DNA from: Polyangiales bacterium
GTDB taxonomy: Bacteria > Myxococcota_A > Polyangia > Polyangiales > Polyangiaceae
Length of the DNA stretch: 64,000 bases
Reading direction: 5' to 3'
Assembly: GCA_038230375.1 (NCBI GenBank)
Contig: JBBRNJ010000007.1
Coordinates: 96,001 to 160,000 of the forward strand
Below the pieces are notes generated by a model, which made no database searches, was not told the origin of the DNA, and saw nothing but the letters and a program-made list of their open reading frames with translations. A program made the translations under genes and the position numbers. Positions 9,596 to 19,619 of the stretch are shown piece after piece (position 1 is the stretch's first letter; each line of letters opens with the position of its first letter).

Positions 9596-10222
9596 TCAGG
9601 GGGCGCATGGCGACCCGGCGCCCGCCCAGGTCTTCCATGCGTTCATGAAGTCCGCGCGCGCGACCGGTATCGCGTTGCGACCCGGGCCAGGCGTCCACCC
9701 CCACGCGACCAGCGGATCTTCCAGGTGCGTCAGGAGCGCGGCCCCATCCTTGCCGCCGTTCCTCGCCGGATCCGTAACGCGCGCGCAGAGCTCGCCGGAC
9801 GAGAGGCCGACGAACTCGAGCTTGTTGCCGGGCGGAGGCATCCGCCAGCCCGTGCCCACACCGGGCGGAATGTGAAGGCCATAGGTGTCCGGCGGATTCG
9901 CAGGACCGTGGCACGTCACGCACTCCTGACCGGGCATGCCGCGGCCTTCCGGCCCGCGAAGGACGTTCTGCGCGTGCACGCGCCCGTCGTCACCTTGTAG
10001 CGGCGCGTCTCCGCCCGGATGACAGTTCTGACAGCGCGGATGCTGCAGCACGCCGCGCACGACCTCGAAGGCGGCGCGTGCGTCGGCTGCGCGCTTCGCC
10101 GCAGGATCTGCCTTCGGTACGACGGGCTGCGGAGGATCGCCGCAGGAGAAGGCCGTGAGCGCGGCCGTCAACGTGAGAGCGAGTGACGTCGGGTTGTGGA
10201 GCGAGCGAGTCATCGTACTCAT
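9596..10222 (-). CDS. Di-heme c-type cytochrome lipoprotein associated with iorAB
   Basis: CQNCH and CVTCH; lipobox AFSC; overlaps iorB stop. Confidence 0.8.
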   Translation of the reverse strand: MSTMTRSLHNPTSLALTLTAALTAFSCGDPPQPVVPKADPAAKRAADARAAFEVVRGVLQHPRCQNCHPGGDAPLQGDDGRVHAQNVLRGPEGRGMPGQECVTCHGPANPPDTYGLHIPPGVGTGWRMPPPGNKLEFVGLSSGELCARVTDPARNGGKDGAALLTHLEDPLVAWGWTPGPGRNAIPVARADFMNAWKTWAGAGSPCAP

Positions 10223-12399
10223 GCGAGCTGGAAGGGGAGCGAGCGCAGGCGCTGCTTGGTGAGAGAGAACAGCGCGTTCGCGACGGCCGGTGCGATCGGC
10301 GCGGTGGCCGGCTCGCCGATGCCGCCCATCTTCGCGTCGCTCTTCTGGAGGAACACGTCCACGCGCGGCATCTCGTTCATGCGCAGCACGCGGTAGTCGT
10401 GGAAGTTGCTCTGGTCGACCTTGCCGCCCGTCAACGTGATCGCGCCGTGAAGCGCGGCTGACAGGCCGTAGGCGATGCTGCCCTGGACCTGCGCCTCCAC
10501 CGCCAGCGGGTTCACGACGGTGCCGCAGTCGACCACGCAGGTGACCTTGTGCACCCGCGGCTTGCCGCGCTCCACGGAGACGTCAGCGACCTCCGCAACG
10601 ATGGTCCCGAACGACTCGTGCACCGCAAGGCCCAGGGCGTGGCCTTCCGCGATTGGCTTGCCCCATCCCGCTTTTTCTGCGGCCAGCGTGAGCGCGGCGA
10701 CGAAGCGCGGCTTGCCCTGGAGCAGCCGTAGTCGATACGCGAGCGGGTCCTGCTTCGCTGTGTGCGCGAGCTCGTCGATCATGCTCTCCATCGCGAACGC
10801 CGTGTGCGTGTTGCCCACGGAGCGCCACCAGAGCACCGTGACCGCCGACTCTGGCGAATGGAGCATCACGCGGCGCGCAGGCACGCTCTCCAGGTACGGT
10901 GACTCGAAGAGGCCCTCCACGGACGAAGGATCGATGCCGTTCTTGATGCGGCTCGCGAACGGCGTGGTCGCCATGATCGACTGCCCCACCACGACGTGCT
11001 TCCACGCCACGGGCGCGCCTTCGCCGTTCACGCCCACCTCGACGCGGTGCACGTACGCGGGGCGATACTGCCCGCCGCGCACGTCGTCCTCGCGCGTCCA
11101 GACCACCTTCACGGGGACACCTGCGGCCTTCGCCACCTCCACAGCCTCTCCCACGTAGTCGGAGTTGGGGCTCGCGCGTCGACCGAAGCCGCCGCCCAGG
11201 AACATGGTGTTGATGGTGACGTTCGCGGTCGGGATGCCGAGGATCTTCGCGGCGGCGGCCTGGTCGACGGTCTGCATCTGCGTGCCCGTCCAGATCTCGC
11301 AGCGATCGCCGTCGATCCTGACGGTGCAGTTGAGCGGCTCCATCGGCGCGTGCGCCAGGTAGGGCACGTCGTACTCCGCCACGAGTCGGGTCTTCGAGGC
11401 GCCGAGCGCAGCGTCGACGTCGCCAACCTCGCCAGCGACGGCCCCGTTCGTCTTTGCCTTCGCGCGGAAATCGGCGAGCTGCGCGCGTGTGTCCACGCCG
11501 CCACCAGGCGGTGCGTTCCACGTGGCGTTGAGCGCGTCGCGTCCAAGCTTGGCAGCCCAGAAATGTGCGCCGACAACCGCGACGCCGCGCGACGTGCGCA
11601 CCACCTTCGTGACACCGGGCACCTTGAGCGCCGCGCTGTCGTCGACGGAGGCGAAGGTGGCGCCGAACGCCGGTGGCCGCAAGACGAGCGCGGTCATCAG
11701 GCCGGGCATCTGCACGTCCATGCCGAACTTCGCGCGTCCTGTGATCTTCTCGGGTGTGTCCAGGCGCTTCATGGGCTTGCCGATGAGCGTCCACTCCGCG
11801 GGGGCCTTCAGCGTGACCTTCTCCGGCGGCGGGAGCGCCATGGCAGCGGTCGCGAGCTGTCCGTACGTGAGGCGCTTCTTGCCGCTGGTGACCGCGCCAT
11901 CCTTCGCGGTGCACGACGCGGGAGGAACCTTCCATTTTTCGGCGGCGGCGCGCAGGAGCATGTCGCGCGCCATGGCGCCCACAGTGCGATAGCGATCGAA
12001 CTCCGTGCGCGTGGTGCTGGAGCCGCCGGTCATCTGCATGCCGAATCGCGCGGGATGCCCGTAGACGCTCGCCGCTGGCGCGTGCTCGGTCTTCACCTTG
12101 GACCAGTCGCACGAGAGCTCCTCGGCGATGACCATCGCGAGGCCCGTCCAGATGCCCTGACCCATCTCGGAGTGCGCGAGCACCACGGTGACGGTGTCGT
12201 CGGGGGCGATGCGAAGGAATGCGTTCGGCGGCGGAGGGGGCGGTGCAGGTTGCGCACCGGCCGGCGGCTTCACCTGCGGCTTCTCTACCGGCTTCGTGGC
12301 CGCAGAAATCGCGTTCCGCGGCGCAATGTAGAACGAGAGCACCAGGCCCGCGGCTGCCGCGCCCGAGCCCGCGAGGAAGGAGCGCCGCGAGACGGTCAT
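10219..12399 (-). CDS. iorB: Xanthine dehydrogenase-family molybdopterin subunit (IorB-like), Tat-exported
   Basis: SRRSFL Tat motif; [24 protein letters not shown] motifs. Confidence 0.92.
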   Translation of the reverse strand: MTVSRRSFLAGSGAAAAGLVLSFYIAPRNAISAATKPVEKPQVKPPAGAQPAPPPPPPNAFLRIAPDDTVTVVLAHSEMGQGIWTGLAMVIAEELSCDWSKVKTEHAPAASVYGHPARFGMQMTGGSSTTRTEFDRYRTVGAMARDMLLRAAAEKWKVPPASCTAKDGAVTSGKKRLTYGQLATAAMALPPPEKVTLKAPAEWTLIGKPMKRLDTPEKITGRAKFGMDVQMPGLMTALVLRPPAFGATFASVDDSAALKVPGVTKVVRTSRGVAVVGAHFWAAKLGRDALNATWNAPPGGGVDTRAQLADFRAKAKTNGAVAGEVGDVDAALGASKTRLVAEYDVPYLAHAPMEPLNCTVRIDGDRCEIWTGTQMQTVDQAAAAKILGIPTANVTINTMFLGGGFGRRASPNSDYVGEAVEVAKAAGVPVKVVWTREDDVRGGQYRPAYVHRVEVGVNGEGAPVAWKHVVVGQSIMATTPFASRIKNGIDPSSVEGLFESPYLESVPARRVMLHSPESAVTVLWWRSVGNTHTAFAMESMIDELAHTAKQDPLAYRLRLLQGKPRFVAALTLAAEKAGWGKPIAEGHALGLAVHESFGTIVAEVADVSVERGKPRVHKVTCVVDCGTVVNPLAVEAQVQGSIAYGLSAALHGAITLTGGKVDQSNFHDYRVLRMNEMPRVDVFLQKSDAKMGGIGEPATAPIAPAVANALFSLTKQRLRSLPFQLA

Positions 12400-12857
12400 C
12401 GCGCCCCCTTACGCAGGCGCGCGGCCGCATGCACGGCCTCACGGATGCGCGGATACGTGCCGCAACGGCAGATGTTGCCGGAGAGCGCGGCATCGATGTC
12501 GCCATCGGTGGGGTCGGCGTTCCTCTCGAGAAGCGCGGCGGCGGCCAGGATCTGCCCCGACTGACAGTAGCCGCACTGCACGACGTCCACGTCCGTCCAG
12601 GCGCGCTGCACCGGATGCGATCCGTCCGGCGAAAGCCCTTCGATCGTGAGCACCTTGCGTTTGCCCACCGCGGAGACGGGCAGCACGCACGAACGCGTGG
12701 GGGTCCCATCTAGATGTACAGTGCATGCACCGCACTGCGCGACGCCGCACCCAAACTTCACGCCCGTGATGCCGAGCAGATCGCGAAGGACCCAGAGCAG
12801 CGGCATGTCTGCCGGTGCATCGACCTCGCGTGTGGTTCCGTTCACGAAAAGCTGCAT
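12396..12857 (-). CDS. iorA: 2x[2Fe-2S] small subunit (IorA-like)
   Basis: [25 protein letters not shown]. Confidence 0.95.
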   Translation of the reverse strand: MQLFVNGTTREVDAPADMPLLWVLRDLLGITGVKFGCGVAQCGACTVHLDGTPTRSCVLPVSAVGKRKVLTIEGLSPDGSHPVQRAWTDVDVVQCGYCQSGQILAAAALLERNADPTDGDIDAALSGNICRCGTYPRIREAVHAAARLRKGAR

Positions 12858-12921
12858 GCGTGCGCTCCTGTGAAGCGGACTCTACGCAGGTTCGCCGCCG
12901 CGCATCAAGGCGCATCAGAAG

Positions 12922-13518
12922 CTACGTCGCGCGGAGCCACGCCTTCACGCGTTCGTCGGGCGTTGGGTGCTGCGTGACGTCGCTCACCACCGCGATCGAG
13001 TCGGCACCCGCCGCGTAAATCTCCTCGGCCTGCTCGAGCTTGATGCCGCCGATCGCGACCAGCGGTGTCGCCCCCACGCGCCTCTTCCACTCGCCGATGC
13101 GCGGAATTCCCTGCGGGTCGAAGCGCATGCTCTTCAGGGTGGTGGGGAAGATGGGACCCAGCGCGACGTAGTGGGGCGAATGAAGCAGCGCCTTCTCCAG
13201 CTCATCCTCGTCGTGGGTGGAGATGCCGAGCGTGAGGCCCGCATTGCGGATCGCAGCGACGTCCGCCTCCGCGAGATCCTCCTGCCCAAGATGAACGTGC
13301 GCGGCCTTCGCGTGGATCGCCGCCTGCCAGTAGTCGTTGATGACCAGCTGCGTCTTCGTGCCTCTCGTGAGCGCGACCGCGGCGTGCACGACCATGAGCG
13401 CGTCGCCAGGGCTGAGGCCCTTCGCGCGCAGCTGCACCGTGCCCACGCCCAGCGCGCAGAGCCGCTCCACCCAGGCGACGCTGTCCACGATGGGATAGAA
13501 GCGATCAGGGTACGGCAT
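12922..13518 (-). CDS. thiE: Thiamine-phosphate synthase
   Basis: QLRAK, IND, HLGQED, GISTH, PTTLK, VAIGGI. Confidence 0.95.
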   Translation of the reverse strand: MPYPDRFYPIVDSVAWVERLCALGVGTVQLRAKGLSPGDALMVVHAAVALTRGTKTQLVINDYWQAAIHAKAAHVHLGQEDLAEADVAAIRNAGLTLGISTHDEDELEKALLHSPHYVALGPIFPTTLKSMRFDPQGIPRIGEWKRRVGATPLVAIGGIKLEQAEEIYAAGADSIAVVSDVTQHPTPDERVKAWLRAT

Positions 13519-14287
13519 GCCAGAACGGTGTCCCGACAACGGGCGTGGATGGCGAGGCGAAGTCGCGCGCTCCCATGAGCCCTGCCTCGAACGCAATGCG
13601 ACCCGCCTCCACGCCCAGGCGAAATGCGCCGGCCATGTTCACGGGGTTCCGGGCCTTCGCGATGGCGGTGTTGAGCAGCACCGCGTCGTAGCCCAGCTCC
13701 ATCGCCTCTGCCGCGTGTGAAGGCGCGCCGAGCCCCGCGTCCACGACCAGCATGACGTCGGGCAGGCGCTGGCGCAGCAGTACGAGCGCGTCGCGGTTCT
13801 CGATCCCGCGCGCGCTCCCGATGGGCGAAGCCCACGGCATGATCACGCGGCACCCGACGTCGCGCAGGCGCTGGGCGACGCTGAGGTCCTCGGTGCAGTA
13901 GGGGAACACCTGGAAGCCCTCCTTGATGAGGATGGCAGCTGCCTCCACGAGCCCCACGACGTCGGGCTGGAGCGTGTCGTCGTCGGCGATGACCTCGAGC
14001 TTCACCCAGCTCTGGCCGAAGAGCTCGCGTGCGAGCTTCGCCGTGGTGACCGCTTCGCGCACCGTCTTGCAGCCGGCGGTATTGGGCAGCACGGTCACGC
14101 CCAGCTCGGAGATGAGCGAGAAGAAGGCCGCGCCGCTCTTGCCGCCGGCGGCCTCGCGGCGAACGGACACGGTGACGATCTGCGCGCCCGAGGCGCGGAT
14201 GGCGTCCTGCATGATCTGCGGCGATGGATACAGCGCCGTGCCAGTGAGGATGCGGGACGAGAATTCCTTGCCGTAGAAGCTCACCAT
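13505..14287 (-). CDS. thiG: Thiazole synthase
   Basis: LPNTAGC, WVKLEV, PIGSARG, VDAGLG, ASPSTP. Confidence 0.97.
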   Translation of the reverse strand: MVSFYGKEFSSRILTGTALYPSPQIMQDAIRASGAQIVTVSVRREAAGGKSGAAFFSLISELGVTVLPNTAGCKTVREAVTTAKLARELFGQSWVKLEVIADDDTLQPDVVGLVEAAAILIKEGFQVFPYCTEDLSVAQRLRDVGCRVIMPWASPIGSARGIENRDALVLLRQRLPDVMLVVDAGLGAPSHAAEAMELGYDAVLLNTAIAKARNPVNMAGAFRLGVEAGRIAFEAGLMGARDFASPSTPVVGTPFWHAVP

Positions 14288-14291
14288 TCGA

Positions 14292-14489
14292 TCAGCCTCC
14301 CTGTCGCGGCGTGAGGATCTCGATCGTGTCACCTTCGGAGAGCGCTGTCGCTGCCCAGCTGGCGCGCGGCACCACCTCCTCGTTCACTGCGATCGCAACA
14401 TGCGCGTTCGCGTGCGAGAGCTCGATCAGGAGCTCCGGCAGAAGCGTGGCGCGCGTCTCGGTGCGCTCGCCGTTGATGATCAACCACAT
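14292..14489 (-). CDS. thiS: Sulfur carrier protein ThiS
   Basis: MWLIINGE...[11 protein letters not shown]...TPRQGG with C-terminal GG. Confidence 0.95.
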   Translation of the reverse strand: MWLIINGERTETRATLLPELLIELSHANAHVAIAVNEEVVPRASWAATALSEGDTIEILTPRQGG

Positions 14490-15487
14490 CGCATCACCTC
14501 GGGGTCGATCTCGCCGCGCTGCACGTACGCGGTCAGCAGCTCCGCCAGCGCTGGCGCAAGCAGGAAGCCGTGACGGTAGAGGCCGTTGACGCTGATGTGG
14601 TCGCCGCGGACGTCGATGCGCGGGAGGTTGTCGGGATAGGCAGGTCGCAGGCCCGCGCCCACCTCCACCACGCGCGCCTCCGCGAACGCCGGGTGGATCG
14701 AGTACGCGGCGCTCAGCAGCTCCAGCACCGAGCGCACGCTCACGCCCAGGTCCTCGCTCTCGATCGATGTCGCGCCGATCAGGTAGCGCCCGTCGCTGCG
14801 CGGAACGATGTAGATCGGATGGCGCGGGTGCAAGAGCCTCACGGGACGCGAGAGCACGATCTCGTGCGTCTCGATCGTGACGGTCTCGCCCTTCACGCCG
14901 CGCAGCTCCTTGCCGGGTGCTGTGTCGCGCGCGCCCAGGCCACGACAGTCGATCACGAGGCCCTCGCACTCCTTTGGCTCCTTCGCGCCTTCCGTGATCG
15001 TGACGCCGGCCTGGCGCAGCCCGGCATGCAGGCGCGGAAGATCGCGGCGCGGCTCGACGCGGCCTTCCTCCTCGTAGAACAGCGCATCCGTGAAGCGCCC
15101 GTCGAGCATGGGCTCGAGGTCGTGCAGCTCCTTCCCAGTCACCGCGCGATGGCCGGAAGTCCGCTGCGCGAAGCGCTCGAAGTCGGCGCGGTCGCGGCCG
15201 TGTGCCACCACCAGCGAGCCGTTCATCGGCGTGTCGGGCAGTGCGTCCTTCCACAGGGCGAGCGAGCGTACGCCAAGCCTGACCACCACGGGCTCCGCGG
15301 TCTCACCCTCGCAGTGGGGCGCCAGCATACCGCCCGCCCAGTGGCCGGCGTCCTGCGCGAGCGGGACCGCGCCGCGTCCGTCGAACAGCGTGACGGACCG
15401 GCCCGCCTTCGCGAGCATCAGCGCCTGCCACGTGCCCGCGATGCCCGCGCCAATGACGCTGACGGGCGCGTTCTTGCGCGATGACAT
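14480..15487 (-). CDS. thiO: Glycine oxidase
   Basis: GAGIAG FAD motif, AGGMLAP, GLRP, GLYRHGFLLAP; thi operon context. Confidence 0.93.
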   Translation of the reverse strand: MSSRKNAPVSVIGAGIAGTWQALMLAKAGRSVTLFDGRGAVPLAQDAGHWAGGMLAPHCEGETAEPVVVRLGVRSLALWKDALPDTPMNGSLVVAHGRDRADFERFAQRTSGHRAVTGKELHDLEPMLDGRFTDALFYEEEGRVEPRRDLPRLHAGLRQAGVTITEGAKEPKECEGLVIDCRGLGARDTAPGKELRGVKGETVTIETHEIVLSRPVRLLHPRHPIYIVPRSDGRYLIGATSIESEDLGVSVRSVLELLSAAYSIHPAFAEARVVEVGAGLRPAYPDNLPRIDVRGDHISVNGLYRHGFLLAPALAELLTAYVQRGEIDPEVMRCG

Positions 15488-15534
15488 GGAACCCTGCGGC
15501 ATCTTGGACCCTTCGTAGATATCATGCGGACCGA

Positions 15535-17322
15535 ATGGTCACCAACCCGCAACCGGCGCGCACAGGGCTAGGCAAGCGCCTCCAGGCGCTGCTCGCCGTG
15601 GTGGCCGCCAGCATCGTTGCGGTCGGTGCCGTCGGGTACGTGCGCACCGTGTCCATCGAGGAGCGAATCAGCTACCTGGACGGGCGGGTGAGTCCCCTGC
15701 GCGAGCTCAAGGCCGTTTCGGACCTGCACGCGATCGACGTCGTCGACACCGTGCACAAGGTGGTGTTCGGTCGCTTCACCCCGGCGGAGGGAGCGAAGCG
15801 CCTTGCAGCAGCAGCGCTCGAGATCGACCAGGTCTGGCAGGCCTACACGCACGGTCCGCTCACCGCGGAGGACCAGCGCCACGTGCACGAGACGGCGCCG
15901 CTCATGCTCGCCGCACGCAGCGCGATCGATGAGGCGCGCGACGCGATGCTTCGTGACGACGTGGTGGCGCTGGACGACTTCCGCCGCAACAGGATGTACC
16001 AGGCGATCGACCCGCTGACAGCACAGCTGAACGAACTCGCGCAGCACCAGGTGCAGGAGGTCGACCTCGTAGCGCGCGTCGCCCAGCGTGACCTCACCAC
16101 GTCGCGTAACGTGAGCACGGCGGCGCTCGCGCTCGCTGGATTGCTGGCGCTGTTCGTCGGCTTTCGCTTCTCGCGAAGGCTCGCATCATCACTTTCGGCG
16201 ATGCAGGCCGTGGTGCGCAGCGCCGCGAGCGGCGACCACGCTGCGCGCGCCTCGCTCGAAGGCGACGACGAGCTTGCGGCGATGGCCGCCGACATCGACG
16301 CGATGAACGAGAGCCTGGAGCAAGCGCGGCGCGAGATCGAGGCTCACGCGACGGTGCTCGCGGCGTCCGAGAAGAAGGCCCGCGAGGCAAACATCGCCAA
16401 ATCGATCTTCCTCAGCAGCATGAGCCACGAGCTCCGGACGCCGCTCAACGTGATCCTCGGGCACGCGCAGCTCCTTCTTCGCGCGCAGCCGTCGGCGACG
16501 CAAAAGCGCCAGCTCACGAGCATCACCGAGGCCGGCGGTCACCTGCTCCAGCTGATCGACGACGTCCTGTCGCTCTCGAAGGTGGAGGCGGGAACGATGG
16601 AGCTGTATCCGCGCCCGTTCTCGCCCGCGCAGCTGGTGCGGCGCGTTGCCAACCTGCTGGCGTTCCAGGCGACCGCGAAGGGACTCGCGCTCGACGTGCG
16701 ATGCGATGCGTCGGTCCCCGAGCGCGTTTTGGGGGACGAAGGAAAGCTGCGCCAGGTCCTGGTCAACCTGCTCGGCAACGCCATCAAGTTCACCAGAGCA
16801 GGTACGGTCTCGGTCGCTGTTGGGTACCCCGAGGGCAAGCTCGACGTGCGGGTGACCGACACGGGCCCGGGCATCTCGGAGGAAGAGCGCGCTTGTCTCT
16901 TCGAGACATTCTACCAGGGCAGCGCCGGGCGGGCGTCCGCCACTGGAACGGGGCTGGGGCTCCATATCAGCCAGACGCTGGTGCGTTTGATGGGCGGGGA
17001 CATCCGCGTGGAGAGCACCGTCGGGGCAGGCAGTACGTTCTCGTTCGCAGTCGCGCTGCCGTGCGCTCCCGACGTCTCGGAGAGTGGAGCTGTCGACGCG
17101 AAGGTCATGGACGGACGGCTCCGTGAGCCGAGAGATGCGGTCGCGCTGCTGTCGTCGGAGCAGCGCGCACGCCTTCTCCTGCCGTTGCAGCTCGGCGATC
17201 TGGCGGAGGCGCTACGCGTGGCCGATTCGCTGTCGGACCGGGCGATCGCGGCGCCGATTCGCGCGGTCATCGAGACCTACCGGGTCGACGGTCTGCTAGA
17301 AGCCTTGCGGGAGGGGGTGTAG
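15535..17322 (+). CDS. Membrane sensor histidine kinase (four-helix sensor, HAMP, HisKA, HATPase)
   Basis: Two TMs; MSHELRTPLN; NLLGNAIKF; DTGPG; GTGLGL. Confidence 0.93.
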   Translation: MVTNPQPARTGLGKRLQALLAVVAASIVAVGAVGYVRTVSIEERISYLDGRVSPLRELKAVSDLHAIDVVDTVHKVVFGRFTPAEGAKRLAAAALEIDQVWQAYTHGPLTAEDQRHVHETAPLMLAARSAIDEARDAMLRDDVVALDDFRRNRMYQAIDPLTAQLNELAQHQVQEVDLVARVAQRDLTTSRNVSTAALALAGLLALFVGFRFSRRLASSLSAMQAVVRSAASGDHAARASLEGDDELAAMAADIDAMNESLEQARREIEAHATVLAASEKKAREANIAKSIFLSSMSHELRTPLNVILGHAQLLLRAQPSATQKRQLTSITEAGGHLLQLIDDVLSLSKVEAGTMELYPRPFSPAQLVRRVANLLAFQATAKGLALDVRCDASVPERVLGDEGKLRQVLVNLLGNAIKFTRAGTVSVAVGYPEGKLDVRVTDTGPGISEEERACLFETFYQGSAGRASATGTGLGLHISQTLVRLMGGDIRVESTVGAGSTFSFAVALPCAPDVSESGAVDAKVMDGRLREPRDAVALLSSEQRARLLLPLQLGDLAEALRVADSLSDRAIAAPIRAVIETYRVDGLLEALREGV

Positions 17323-17324
17323 TG

Positions 17325-19616
17325 ATGCGGGACGGGGGCGACATCCTGATCGTGGACGATCAGCCGGCGAATCTCGAGGTGCTCTCCCAGCTCCTCGCTC
17401 GCGAGGGCTACCGCGTGCGCGCTGTGACGTCCGGTGAGCGCGCGCTCGAGGCCGCGCGGCTCCGTCCTCCGGACTGCATGCTGCTTGACATCGCGATGCC
17501 CGGAATGGATGGGATCGCCACCTGTGAGGCCTTCCGCAAGGACCCATGCCTGGTGCGCGTTCCGATCATCTTTCTGACCGCATTCGACGATCCAGGGCAC
17601 AAGGTGCTCGCCTTCAAGGCGGGCGGCCGCGACTACATCAGCAAGCCTTTCCAGGTCGAAGAGGTGCTCGCGCGTGTCGGCGCGCACGTAGACCTTGCGA
17701 TGATGCACGTGGAGCGCGCGCGCGCGCTCGAGTCTCGATTCCGTGCGCTCGTCGAGAACAGCAGTGACGGGATCGCGCTCACGGATAGCAGCGGCATGCT
17801 GACGTACGTGAGCCCCTCCGGCAAGCGGATGCTTGGCCTCGACGCGTTGCTCTTCAGCACGAACGTCACCACGTCCTGGCACCCCGAGGACGCGCCGGCC
17901 ATGCGCGAGAACCGCGAGTGGATGCTCAGGCATCCAGGGGAGAGCCTGACCTCGGAATGTCGTATTCGAGACGCGAAGGGGGAGTGGCGCTGGCTGGAGA
18001 TCGTGTCCACGAACCTGCTGAACGACCCAGCGGTGAACGGCGTCATCAACAACTTCCGTGACGTGACGGAGCGGCGCCGTACGCTCGATGACCTGCGCGC
18101 GAGCGAGAGCCGTTTTCGCGCGCTCACCGACTCTGGCGTCGCCGGGATCGCCATCGCCGAGCCGCGCGGAATCGTCGAGGCCAACGAGGCCTTCCTTGCC
18201 ATGGTCGGCTACACCCGGGAGGATCTCCTCAACGGAGCGCTGAGCCCGGCTGCGTTGACACCGCCGGAGCTCTTGCGCGCGAACGACGCGGCCCTCGAGG
18301 AGGTTCGCGCGCGCGGATTTGCCACGCCCTGGGAGACCGACTACGTCAAGAAGGACGGGAGCCGCGTCCCCTGTCTGGTCGGTGTCTCGGCGATCGACGC
18401 ATCACGCACCATCTACTTCGTGATCGACCTGAGCCAGCGCAAGCAGATCGAATCCGCGCTCGAGCGGAGCGAGAACCAGCTCCGGCAGGCGCAGAAGATG
18501 GAGGCCGTGGGCAGGCTCGCCGGCGGCGTTGCGCACGACTTCAACAATCTCCTATCGGTGATCCTGAGCTACTCGTCCATTGCCGTCGAGACGCTCCGGC
18601 CCGAGGACCCTCTGCGCGGCGATCTCGAGGAGATCGTCATTGCAGGAGGACGCGCCGCCGAGCTCACGACGCAGCTTCTCGCCTTCAGCAGACAGCAGGT
18701 GCTGCAGCCCACGGTCATTGACCTCAATGACGCGATCTCCAACATGGGAAAGATGCTGGAACGGCTGCTCGGCGAGGACGTCGAGCTGCGGACGGTGCTC
18801 GCACCGGGGCTCTCAGCCGTGCTCGCCGATCGCGGACAGACGGAGCAGATCATCATGAATCTGGCCGTGAACGCGCGCGACGCCATGGCGAACGGTGGCA
18901 AGCTGACGATCGAGACCACCAACATCGACCTGGACGAAAGCTATGTGCAGCGGCACCTTGGCGCGAAGCCTGGACGTCACGTGATGCTCGCCGTGAGCGA
19001 CTCCGGCGCCGGCATGGACAAGGCAACGCAGGCGCAGATCTTCGACCCATTCTTCACGACCAAAGAGGTGGGCAAGGGCACCGGGCTCGGGCTTGCGACG
19101 GTGCTCGGGATCGTCCAGCAGAGCGGAGGCTCCATCGACGTCTACAGCGAGCCCGGGCTCGGCACCACGTTCAAGGTGTTCTTCCCGGTGTGCGAACAGT
19201 CGGTGGAGCCGGCCGTGGACGTGGTCCCGGCAAAAGGTGGACGCGAGGGGGAAACGATCCTCCTTGTGGAAGACGAAGCGAAGGTACGGGTGCTGGTGCA
19301 GTCGATCCTGACGCGGCGGCGGTACCGGGTGCTGGCCGCGGCATCGCCGACGGAGGCGCTCGCGCTGAGCGCTGGCTTCGACGGCAAGATCCACCTCTTG
19401 CTGACGGACGTCGTCATGCCAGGCATGAATGGGCGGCAGCTGGCAGAAGAGGTCCGGAAGACGCGCGCAGACCTCCAGGTGCTCTACATGTCCGGCTATA
19501 CCGCGAACGTCGTTCTGGAGCGCGGCATCGCCAGCGGCTCTGCGTTCGTCCAGAAGCCCATCACGCCGGACACGTTGTCCCGCGCTGTCCGGTCGGCGCT
19601 CGACCTGGGTCCGTAG
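17325..19616 (+). CDS. Hybrid kinase REC-PAS-PAS-HK-REC
   Basis: ILIVDD...LLDIAMP; AHDFNN; FFTTK; ILLVED...LTDVVMP. Confidence 0.95.
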   Translation: MRDGGDILIVDDQPANLEVLSQLLAREGYRVRAVTSGERALEAARLRPPDCMLLDIAMPGMDGIATCEAFRKDPCLVRVPIIFLTAFDDPGHKVLAFKAGGRDYISKPFQVEEVLARVGAHVDLAMMHVERARALESRFRALVENSSDGIALTDSSGMLTYVSPSGKRMLGLDALLFSTNVTTSWHPEDAPAMRENREWMLRHPGESLTSECRIRDAKGEWRWLEIVSTNLLNDPAVNGVINNFRDVTERRRTLDDLRASESRFRALTDSGVAGIAIAEPRGIVEANEAFLAMVGYTREDLLNGALSPAALTPPELLRANDAALEEVRARGFATPWETDYVKKDGSRVPCLVGVSAIDASRTIYFVIDLSQRKQIESALERSENQLRQAQKMEAVGRLAGGVAHDFNNLLSVILSYSSIAVETLRPEDPLRGDLEEIVIAGGRAAELTTQLLAFSRQQVLQPTVIDLNDAISNMGKMLERLLGEDVELRTVLAPGLSAVLADRGQTEQIIMNLAVNARDAMANGGKLTIETTNIDLDESYVQRHLGAKPGRHVMLAVSDSGAGMDKATQAQIFDPFFTTKEVGKGTGLGLATVLGIVQQSGGSIDVYSEPGLGTTFKVFFPVCEQSVEPAVDVVPAKGGREGETILLVEDEAKVRVLVQSILTRRRYRVLAAASPTEALALSAGFDGKIHLLLTDVVMPGMNGRQLAEEVRKTRADLQVLYMSGYTANVVLERGIASGSAFVQKPITPDTLSRAVRSALDLGP

Positions 19617-19619
19617 GCA

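Noticed and set aside
10583..12709. Long alternative-frame/antisense ORFs (also 27286..29151, 39418..41367, 3640..5043)
   Set aside because: Arg/Ala/Gly-rich shadows of well-supported genes, expected at high GC
15488..15534. TPP riboswitch upstream of thiO
   Set aside because: Gap of only 47 nt with no recognisable aptamer motif
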